64,000 bases of DNA, from positions 22,400 through 86,399 of the forward strand of contig JBDRCN010000045.1 in NCBI GenBank assembly GCA_043821705.1, read 5' to 3'. Under the pieces are notes generated by a model. That model was not told where the DNA came from. It made no database searches and saw nothing but the letters and a program-made list of their open reading frames with translations. Positions 15,001 to 27,000 of this stretch are shown piece after piece. Every line of letters begins with the position of its first letter. Position 1 is the first letter of the stretch. Origin of the DNA: Candidatus Omnitrophota bacterium. GTDB taxonomy: Bacteria; Omnitrophota; Gorgyraeia; Gorgyraeales; Gorgyraeaceae. Made by a program: the position numbers and the translations under genes.

Positions 15001-18000
15001 TAGCAAAATATCTTTACTTAAACTAAAATCTATATTCATAGCACCAACACCAAACCACTTTCTGTAGAAACGACTGACATTACCGCTTAATCCAATGCTA
15101 ATATCATCTGCAATTTCAAAATCTGCATTTAGTCCTATCTTGAATTCAGATAAATATCCTGCAGGATCATCAATTATACTAGGATTTATAAATCCATTTA
15201 ACAATGCATAACCCGATATGAAAAGATTATCAATGTAATCCTGCTTAAAACTTTTATAGATCCCAACAGATGGCTTGGCATACCAACTACTTGTCCCTAG
15301 ACTTGGGTTTATAAAGATATTTGTACTAATGCCGGCTCCATAGCTCATATCCTTAATGCCAAACAAACCTGGATAGGCACGATAAGCATCTAACATCATT
15401 CCTAGATAACTATCGCTTCTCAAAGAACTATATTCGTTAGTTTTTATCAAATCATCCACCCAGCTACGATAATTTAATGGTACATAACCCCATAGACTTA
15501 AACCCATATCAGTAGCATATTCACCTTTTTTGTCCATTGTTGATGCTGAACTTGCCATAAACATATTGCTTTCATGGGTTGATAATTGAAAGGTATTAGA
15601 GGATATCTTAATCGGCGACCAGCTATCGCCCAAAGGATTTACAATGCCCACATCTATCTTTGGATATAGATGTTCATAATCAAAGAAACCTTTAATATTA
15701 ATTTCATTGATAAAAGGCTTTTTCTCTGGTTCTACATCTTTGTTTTCCTCAAATATCTTCTGGGGCTTTTGTGGTTCTTCTTTTTTCTCAGAATCTCCAT
15801 GGATAATATTATTCCAATAATTATGGTCCATCCATATTTTGCCCTCTTCATCCATTGACCACTTGGCGTAATATTCATATCCATCATCATATAACTCCTC
15901 TAACTCCTCCTCTGTATAGAGACGCGTAAATCTATATGTCTCTAAATCTAACTTACAGCTTGTAATTCTCTCTACTTTTGCAAGCAATATAGAGCTTTCC
16001 CGACATCTAGTTAAAAGTTCAAAAAAGCTATGTCTTCCAAAAAACGAGTCTGCAATAGTAGCCTGATCTTCTCTAATATTTATCTGGCCATGATCACAAT
16101 CGTAATCTTTAGAACCTAAACTTTCCGGCCAAGAAGAATCATCGTTAGACCATAAATGAAACGGCAGATAATCATCTTTAGAATCTGCGTGATGAAATAT
16201 TTCATGATGGATGCTTGGGGTGCTGGTAATAAATATTCTTGAAAACCATTTTCCAAGACTAAAATTGTATTTATCTGTTTTCATGTTATAAATATAAGGA
16301 TTAACAACTATTTTTACAGTGATGCAATTTTTTAAAAAAGCCTCCGGATATACTGAAAGGGCCTCTTTTATTTCTAAAAGCTTCCTCTCTAATGTTTCCA
16401 GTTTATACCTTCCACTTATAAGCCATCTATTAGAAGAGCCTCTCAAGAAAGTTACTAGCGCATCAAAAAATCTTGGTATATCAACTTCAAATCCAAATTT
16501 ACTACTGATATCGCGCACATGGGAATTAATCTTTTTCTTAATGATTAATACTATATCAGCATCTTCCTGTAACCTTTTGCTTGCAAACTCTATAGCCATG
16601 CTATTCTTTTCAACAGCTTTTGACACAAATTCCTTATCGCCTCTGAACTCCATATGATAAATAATGCTTGGCGCTTGAACGACTATATCTAGAATAAACT
16701 CTTTATCATTTTTCAATCTATCGCTTGCAAACCGTATTGTAAAAGTATTTTTCACAGCCGCAGCAAAAACTATATTCTTATCATCCTTAAAACTATCGCT
16801 TACATATTCTAAGACTTTGGGGTTTTTTTCTATAGCCTTTAATACAAATTTTTTATTATCTATAAATAGAGAACCTACAATAGCTTTTTGGTCAAACTCT
16901 ATCTTGTCAAGCAATTCTTCCCAAGTTACTTTAAAGGTTACTCCATCTTCTGAAATGAGTTCTAATTGGGTGTATTTGGGGAAAAATTCAGCTTCTATGG
17001 TGGTGTCTTTTGTAAATTCTATTACTGTAATTCTACCCTCTGCTCCTATTCTTGTTTTAACCTCTTTTATGCAGTTTGGATATGGTTTACCATCTACCTC
17101 AATACCTGTAGAGCCATATCTAGTTAATTCATCAACTGATGCTAGATCTGTAAAGAGGGTGATGTTTGTAAGAGGGAGGATTTGTTTAGTGTCAATGTGA
17201 GGCTGAGTTTCATCAGGGATTAGTGAGCCAGCGTCTTTTGGTACTATTGATTTCTCTACAGGTACTAATGTTTTTAAAGGTGTTAGTTTGATGTGTGTTA
17301 TATAAATTTGGCCTATTCCTTTATTTGACAATTTCTGGCTTCCATACTTTTTACCACTATAAAAACGTATTTCCTTAACACTTGTCATATCCAAATCATT
17401 AGGTATATATATCTTTTTCCAGCCATCAGCGGATACATTTATTACAAAGGAAGGATGAAATATTTCTTGCCCATCAGATGTTATAAAGCTTATGCCGATT
17501 TCATTGAGCCTTTTATCAAGCTTGTAATGGAAAGAATCAGGCACTTCTTTTACGTATAATTCTAACTTACATCCAGTAAAATCAGCTGGCAAAGATGGGA
17601 AGCTTGTCGAAATATCACAACATACAAAATTATCATCTTTATACCTAGCAAGATCGCTCATATAATGTCCATACTTGCTGCTTTTGTACATTCCGTACTC
17701 CTCCCCAATGAATACGTTCATATTGCCATTTGTACTTATAGCTATTTCTACATCAAAACCGAATGAACGCGCAAGAACTTTCCTCCCGGGATAAGTTTCT
17801 AAGAAACGAATACTCTTCATTGTTTTCTTAAAAGCCATCTTATATATTATCCCTTTTATTTTTTTACCTTTTTTCTCAAATTCAGGAATTACACTAAGTT
17901 TATACTCTTTTACGTTCTGTTTTTTGCCTTCTTTGCGCTCCTTATCTATTAATTCTAAAGCAGCATCTTTCATGCTGGAATATTTAATTTTTTGAACTTG

Positions 18001-21000
18001 AGCAGAAATTCTATCTAATGTGCCATTGAAGTTTATTAGTTCAGGTAATTGAGGAACAATATCGTAGGTTAAACTCCATATTGGTACAACTGTATGTTCA
18101 AACTTTATCTTCCTTATCTTGACAGTAAGAGTATGTATAATATTATCATCATCCGAAGCTACAAAGATGGATCTGTCTTTAATAAGATCTAGCGTCATCT
18201 TTCTTAATAGTGGGCTTTTTATTGAGCGTGCATTTCTTCTTATTCTAGATATCGTACCTGAACGTGTAGCTGTTGCTGACTCGGCTTCATCTATCCAGGC
18301 ATATAATCTCTTTTTATAATCAAATACTATTTCCTGAGGCGTAGAAGCTATTTTATCACCAAAAGTTTGCATGGCACAGTTTACACCAACTTCGCCTTCA
18401 TCCAACAAGAAAGGCACTGTATAACTTATATCCTCATCTGTTACTACAATTCCAAAAGAATATTTTACTCCTTCTTCAAGGCCTATTTTATCTCCCATAC
18501 TAAGCGCATTATTTACAAAATAGTCCAATTTTGCTTTAGCATATTGTTTCATCCTAGGGTCTTCTATATTGTCAATTTGTGTTTTAAGCTCGGAAAGAGT
18601 TCCTGTAAAGCTTATCCTATCAGGCGGCAGTTCTTTCATCTCTACTTGCCAGTATTCCCCTTTCATCTCCTTTACAAATTTCACGCTTAAAATATACTCT
18701 ACGCCCTTTTGTAGTTTAGATAAATTCTTTTCAAACTTCTCTTTGGCAAGTTTCTTTATCTCTGGATCTTTTATGTTAACTATTTCACTATCTATCATAT
18801 GAGACGAGCCCTGAAAGCTCATACCTATACTCTTTACTCTATATCCTGCTCCATCTTCTGAAAGGATAAGTTCTAACTGGGTGCCTGCTTGGAAGACTTC
18901 TCTGCCTTTTGAGGTGTCTATAGTGGTGTCTTTTGTAAATTCTATTACCTTAATCTCTTCTCCATTTGGACCTGCTCTTGTTTCGATTTCTTTTATACAG
19001 TTTGGATATGGTTTACCATCTACCTCAATACCTGTAGAGCCATATATAGTTAATTCATCAACTGATGCTAGATCTGTAAAGAGTCTGATGTTTGTAAGAG
19101 GAAAGAACTGTTCAATGTCAATAATAGGGTGGGTTGGTTCATCTCGAGGCATTATCGACCCACTGTCGGATTCTTTAGGTTCTGGTGTGGTTGTTCCTTT
19201 TTTCTTTTTACTACTAATAATATCTTGATAAATATAGATTGGAACATATACTCCTTCATATAATTCAGAAATCTTAAAGTATGTATCTTCTAGATCTTTC
19301 TTTCTTAGGTACTTAACTGCCGTATCTATACTTGTTTTTTTCACCCATATCGTTCTTTTCTTCTTTCCATTAACGACCTCTCTAACTTTGACATATTTTT
19401 TGCGGTCTATATTTTTGATATTCTTACGCCATATAATATCCTTATTTGCAACAAGACTGTATTTTTTTCCATCAAAAACAATTGTAAAATTCTTGCTAAG
19501 GTCAACTTTATTAATGGGTTCTACTTTGCTCTTAAAAGAATACTCATCTTTCTCTTTCTTAATTTGAACATCTATAGTCAACACCCATCTTAAATCATGT
19601 TTCATCCAATATCTATCGATGGTAGATTCTGCTTCTTTTCGTAATCTTGGATTTTTTAGTTTTTTAACCTTGGCTTCAATCTCTGAAAGTGTACCAGTAA
19701 TTTTTATTGACTCTGGGTATTTCTCGTTAATTTCACCCTTAATACCCTCTCTTGTTGTCCCTACATATAAGGTATACTCTATATCATCTTTAATAAATTT
19801 TGATTCCTTTAATAGTTCTCGGGCAAACTCTTTCAATGCAGTATTTTTTATATTTGCTATTGAAGTTTTTAGTTCTAGGACTGTGCCCATAATTACTATA
19901 GACTCTGCATCTTTTTCTTCAATCATTGATGCCTTGGTATAATCAGTGCCTATCTTCTGCGATTCTGTCTCCTTTATCTTCAATGTAAAATTATAAACCT
20001 TGTCTGATTTAAGGCCTCTGGCATTAATTAATATCTCATGCAAATATTTCTTTACTCTAGGATCTCCTAATTCCTCTATGTCTTTTTTAAATTCCCGAGG
20101 ATACCCTTGATATATAGAGAAATGAGTAAATCTTAAAGGAGGAAATTCTTTTATTTTCCCCTCATATATAGACTCTTTTTCGGTTTCTCTAACATCTATG
20201 GTCAAAATATAAGATACATTTCTCCTCAGTCCTGGAGTATCATTTAATATACGCTCAGCACGTCTTTTCAAATCAGTATCTTTAACATTACGAATTTTAG
20301 TCTTAATCTCTGAAACATCACCTTCGATTCTGAGGAATCCAGGAGATAGCTTTCTAATATCAATCGATGTTGTATATTCACTTCCTATATTTTGGGGTGT
20401 ACTTTCTTCTACATCAAAATAAAGTATATATTTTATATTTTCTTTTTTTGTCAAATCCTTTGCTCTATCTAAAGCTCCCGCTAGATATTCTTTCAAGTCC
20501 TCATCACTTAGTCTGTCAATCTTTCTCCTGATCTCTGAAAAAGTACCGCTAACTTCCATATTTGTTAAATCAATAGATAAATACGCAGTCTTACCTTTAT
20601 AGAGAGAATCTGTTGAAGTTAAGTCTCTAATTATAATTTTATCTTTGTTAGATCCTTTCGAGATCTCCTTAAACTGGACTGTTGGCCTACCGTTAGAATA
20701 AGTTATGCTCAAAACATAGTTCTCTCTTTCACTCCCCGGTGTGTTGTTTTTTAAATACCTTTTAATTCTCGGGTCTTCTATTTTTTCTATCTTATATTTA
20801 AGTTCAGAAAGCGTACCAGTAAGTTTAAGTGGCTTAGGCGGCAGTTCTTTCATCTCTACTTGCCAGTATTCCCCTGGCATCTCCTTTACAAATTTCACGG
20901 TTAAGATATACTCTACACCTTCCTGTAGTTTCGGGAGATTCCTTTCAAATTCCTCTTGAGCAAGTTTTCTAGTTTCAGGATTTTTTGTATTGTTTATTTC

Positions 21001-24000
21001 ATGTTCAATCTTAGAATATGAACCTCGAAACTCTGCTTCTATAGGCTTTGAACGATTTGATAAATCCTTCGTTAGCGTTTGTCCAGTAGAAATTACTGGT
21101 ATATCTTGTATCTTTTTTGGTTTTAGTTTAGCAGTTAATATATCTTTAACTAATTCATCTTCCTGCGGTTGTATGATTGATTCTATTTCCTCTAGCTCTA
21201 AAGTCCCTTCTATTGCCTTGCCTTTACCTTTACTGGGAAAAAGACTTATTTTCTCACCAGAGCTGTATTCTCGTCCGTCAAGGGTTATGTCTTTTAAGAA
21301 AGCAACGATCCTTTCTCCATCTTCATCTCTATTGCCTATATCTACATCAATACCATTATAGAGCTTTACCCTTGTCGTATCTTCTAGCTCTCTTAAAAGG
21401 TAAAAAGGTTTTTTATTTTTTAAGACTGTATTATATACATATTTAATTGGCTCTGGAGGCAGGTATGAACGTCTTGGTTTCTTTAACTTTTTCACAGTAG
21501 AAACAGTTCTTGTCTCCTCCATATCTAACGCCCTTTTTACTTCATAACTTTTCCCATCTTTTTTAAGAGTTAGTATTAACTGATCTCCAGAATAAAACTG
21601 CTCCTGTCCTAATATATTTATCCCTTCTTCTGGGATGTTTTTGAAGGTAACTATTATTGTCCCATCAGCTTGCGGCTCGCTTAGATCTACCTTATCTCCT
21701 ATAATAAATACCTGTGCTTCGTTGTTATACGTAAAGGTAATCTCTTTTACTCCAAAGAAACTCTCTACATCATCTATAGCAGTAATTTCAACTGTGAAGC
21801 CAGGAATAAGAGGTTTTATTTCATCAGGCATCAGTGAACCAGAGTCGGATTCTTCTTCAATAATATCTGTTGGCACAAAAATAATCTTATCCTTCTCATA
21901 TTTAACCTTTACATATTGATTTCTCTCTTTTACAAATCCTATCTCGTTTTCTTCTGGCCACAGAGTCTTTTTATTTATCTTAGCTCCTTCCTTAAATGAC
22001 ACTGCCCAATCTTCATCGATATCCACCTCGGGTTGATTCCATACGTATAGCTTAAATTCCTCACCTTTTCTTACTATACCAGAAGTATTGAGCTTGTTTT
22101 TCTCTTTCTCAATCAATCCTGCTAGAATTATAGCCTTTTTAGCCATAGACTCCATTCCGCTTCTAGGGCCTTCTCCGTAATATGCAAAATTAAAGGCTTT
22201 CTTATAATAAATAGCAGAGTTCTTTAAACATGTAAGAGGATCTAAATCTTCTGGTAGATTTAATATCTTTCCAGCAGAAAAGACGTAACCCATGCTCTCT
22301 GGATCAAGCGGCTGTTTTACAGTCCTATCTCCTAAATAGAGATATATATCTCCTAATTCACTAGATGCTGTTATAAATCCTGGATCCTTCTCTAATGCCT
22401 TTTTGAATAAATCTATTGTTTCTAAAATATAATCGGGTTCCAGATTCTCTCCGTAAATTATATTATGTTTATAAAGTTCTGCCAGATTGGCATAGCCCCA
22501 GACAGAGCCTGGATCTTTTTCAATGGCCTTTTTTAAAAAATCTATTTTCTCTGATTCTTTTTTTAAGCCTACTGATGTGCTTCTTGCATATAAAATATAG
22601 GAAGATAACAGAGCTTCAGGTGTACCTATTCTAATCTTTCTATGTAGTTTCTTTTTAAAATGACTCTCTTTTAACTGCAGATATTGCCCAGGTTCAATTT
22701 TTTTGTATAGCCCGCCAGAACCTTCTAACGGAAAAGGCTCGCTTATGCCTACTCTAGGATTTGATATATCAACTATTATAGATTTGTTATCAGAAAGTTT
22801 GACTAAACTAGCTACATGATATACACCTTCTTGTACTCCACAGGACCATGTAACCTCAATAGGATCTATAGATAAGCCTGCCAATCTACCTAAGATTACA
22901 AAAAGCTGTGTAGAACCTACGCAATTAGCTGAACCAATATAGCCTTTGTCAGCATGTTCTTCATTGAAGACCTTGGTAAGAAGAGCTGGGTAATCACCTC
23001 TATCACTCTTAACTGCATTTTTTATAATTTTCGATAAACTATTAATCCTTTCTAATCTTGGCATATCTTTTATTTTTTCTAACTCATAATTATTATAAAA
23101 ACTAGAAATTTGCTCTACTATTTCCGATTGTTCTTCCAAAGAATATCCTAATTCTTCAATAGCCCCAGAAATTACTTTTTCTATATTAGTTTCAGGTTGA
23201 TTTTCTTCTCCATAACCACCTAAATCCCCCTTGGACCCTTCATTAAGGTCTAATTTCAATCCTTCACCCTTAAGCGCTGCTCTATTGTCTACATCTACAA
23301 TTAGAGATTTAATATATTCACTATCCTCTATAGATAAAAGAAAAATAGGTAATTTAATCCCCTCTTCTTCCAGGTGTTTCTTTATTGCTTCCTTCTGACG
23401 AGAAGGTAACGCTACTATAGCTACTTCATTAGGAGCAAGACGGCTAACAAATTCTTCCTCAAGAAACTCTTCTAGCTCGCCATTCTTCAGTGAATAAAAG
23501 CCTCCTTGAATAAAATGTCTACCATCGAATAAAACCGGAACTTGAATAGGAGCTTTCTGTGAATCTGTTTTGCGAGATTCCTGTTGACTAACTTTTATTA
23601 TATTCCCATCTTTATCAAATGTTACGTCAAAACTTATGTTTGCTAAAAGCATGGCAGTCCCAAATAAAGCCCCTCCTCCACCGCCAAAGGTAAATGTAAA
23701 GGTGTCTTCGCTGAGTCTAGCGGCATCATCTTCAGGTGCATCAATGCTGCTTGTATCCTTAGATTTAGGAGCAGATATTTCTTCAGTAGAAGTCTTGGTT
23801 TTTGGAGCTTGTTTGGAAGGTTCTGGTTCAACATCTATTACAAGCATACCAGTATCATTGTCTTTCTCGATACTAATATCTATCTTTTCTTTTCGAGCTA
23901 CTGAGTTAAATCTCTTTTTAAAATATTTTAATTTATCCTCATCCTTATTAAAATTATGTACGAGTAATATCCTTCCTTTAGGTTTTACTATTCGAAGAAT

Positions 24001-27000
24001 ATCTTTGATGCAGTCATCTATTTCTCTATCTCCTTTCAAGTGTTCAAAAAACCCACTTATGCTCATCTTGGTAATACTGTTGGGCTCTATCTGCTTCATG
24101 CTATCGCCATCATTTTCAATAATATTTACATTATCAGGAATAGCTCCAAGAGTAAGCCCCCAGGCATAAAGCTCTTTTAATAGTTCCGGCACATAGAGTG
24201 GGCTTGCATTTAAAAGAAAATTTTCGTAAGTTGTGTACATAACATCATTAAATTTTCTAAGATTGTTAAAAGCAGAAAAAAGCGCTGTTGTAAATTGAAT
24301 ATTGGTTTCTGATATATCAATATAAAATACCTCTTTTGCATTATAGCTAAAGTAGGCCGCTACTGCATCAGGGCTCATTCCCATCCCAGCGTCACAATAT
24401 GCATCCTCCTTGCTTACATCAAGAAGGTCCATAACATCTGATGCGCAATAATCACGGCTCCATTTAATAAAATTATATCCATTGTCAATACTAGATCTGT
24501 CAAAAGCTTCTACCATAAGATTATCAAACCAGCTAAATTGTCTCATCACGTCTTTTTTAATACGCCCAATATTATCTTCGGTAATTTTTTCATCTCCGAT
24601 TAGATCTGTTACATATGACCACATTTTTTCGGATAATATAGAAGGGCCTGGAGAATTTTTAACTATACGGAGCCGCATAGACATATCCATATCTCTATCT
24701 GACATATCATCTTTAGGAAGTTTATAAGATGCTTTTAGAAAATCATATAGTGAAGCTTCTGGATATAATGATAGGTAGATTAATATAGATGTTAGATATG
24801 CTTCTCTTTCATCAAGACTTGCCATATATCCTAACATTGTATCCGGGATATTCGCTTTATCTCCTCTATTAGACTGCTCAATGTGTGCTAATTCATGGAC
24901 TATTGATGTCATCCTCAAAGAGCTGCCAATAGATACAATAAACGGGACTTTAAAATTTCCTTTAATACCAAGCGCTTCTTTAAATTTATTAAAAGACTGT
25001 TCATTCTCCTTTTCTATAATAAAACCACCTGCAGCATAGCCATGTTCAAGTATCAACCAATCTTTCAGATCAGGATCTTTAAGTGCCTTGTTTTTTTCAT
25101 CATCAGAAATTACTAAAACTTGTGCATTTAAAGATTCGTCGCTTATGTCTAAATTAATAAGAACTTGCTTAGGGATATTTTGTTCATCAATATAATCTCT
25201 CGCAATAAAATCATCTCTTCTAGATTCATCTTCGGAAATAGGTACGGCCTTCTTTAATGCGTCAATAAACTCTCCATCAAATATTTTTAAAAGATCATCA
25301 ATGCTATAAGAATTTTTCACTTTGACCTTACCTTCTAGGTCTTTTCGTATACTCTCATCTTCTTGTTTTAAAAGATCAGATATAGTAAAGATTTTACTTT
25401 CTAAACCTTTAATATGTTTATTTCTCCCAATAATAAATCTCTTAACTCCTTCATCAGCTGCTATAATTAAACTTGCGTTTTCTAAATCACCGCGTACGAT
25501 CGGATAGGCAGATTTTTTATTTTTTAGATCTTCTTTTAAATCATCATCAATTTCAATATATTGAATTATAGATTCTAGCTTGTCTAAGCTAATATCTTCC
25601 CCTTGAGATAATGAGCCAATATCTTCTACTGGCAGATATCCGCGCGAACTTACATTAACACCAGAGATATTATTTTTTGACGCAAGAATAGATAATACTA
25701 TATCCATTTCAGGTCCTCTTAATTGACCGTCACCGCAGATAGTAAGAATATTATATGTATTCGATGAAGGATTTTGTTCAGGTAAATCATTAATGGTATT
25801 CTGTAGTTCTGACTTATCTCCAATTATAGGTATTGTTATCTTAAACGTACTTCCTTTGTCTTTTTCAGACTCTATCCATATCTGGCCATTATGTTCATCT
25901 GTTACATATAGCCTACTTTCAGCTAAGCCAAGGCCTGTCCCACCTTTTCTCTTCGACCAGTTAAGCCCAAACGCCCTTTGGTAAGTCTGGCCTTCTTCCT
26001 GCTCTAGCCCATCTTCAGGGAAGCCTGCTCCATCATTATAGATTTCTAAGACAATACTCTTCTTGTCTTCCGATAGCTTAGTAGTGATAGTAACATTTTT
26101 GATCCCCAGGTCTTCACTTAACTGTTTGTTATTTGTTAAAATATTACTTAAAACACACAATATCATTTTCTGGTTTACCTCTGTCATGGGGATAGAAGAT
26201 AAATTAAGAGTAAGAGTCACGCCTTTTGTTTCAAAATCTTTAAGCATCTTATTGGCTAGATCGTTTACCAATGCATTTAGATCCGTAGGTTCTTTTTTAA
26301 GAGTTCCTCCTAGCCAATCCAATCTTTCATTAAGGACATTTATATTTTCTTGTACAGGAGCTTTGATATCTTTTCGTAATAGGTCAAGGGCTGCTATAAC
26401 ATAGTCAGAACTCTCTTGGGAAACCAGATAATTTTCTAATTCTTCAACTTTATTATAGATAATCTTTGTTTTTTCAAATATATCATTTAAACTATTCTGC
26501 CAAGTATTTTCTACGCCTATCTCTAATTCTTTACTAGCATCTATAGGCGCTGATTTAGCCAGATCGTTATAACTAGAAACTATATCAGTAATGTCTTTAT
26601 TTATCTCATCAAGAGCTGTTATTATCTGATCAGGGTCTTTCCCGTATGTAAATTCGCTAATAGAATTTAAGGCAGGATTAAAATTATTCTTAATGTCGTA
26701 GATCGTTCCATTATGCTCCATGCTTCTTAAGGCAATATATGTCTTCAGGAATTCTTCATTGTCCAACATGGAAGATATTGGCGCAAGAAGACCTACCTTT
26801 TCCTTTATTAAAGATAGGTCATTATTGCTTTTTCTTATTATATTCAGGTAAGTAGCAGCAATGTGCATTCCTGCAGGACAGGCTTCTAAGATCCCAGAGA
26901 CTTCATTAATATCATAATCTTCACCTGACAATAGGATATCTTTAATCAACTTTAGAGATTCTTCGAAGTCTCCGTCTAGAGCAAGGTTCATAGCTTGTTC

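Noticed and set aside
5790-21846. Repeats as a CRISPR array or as DGR template/variable repeats
   Set aside because: They are long, in-frame and irregularly spaced. I saw no adenine-specific mismatch pattern, and there is no cas or reverse transcriptase gene in the window.
23643-23834. 63-aa minus-strand ORF
   Set aside because: Alternative frame inside a linker of the giant ORF.
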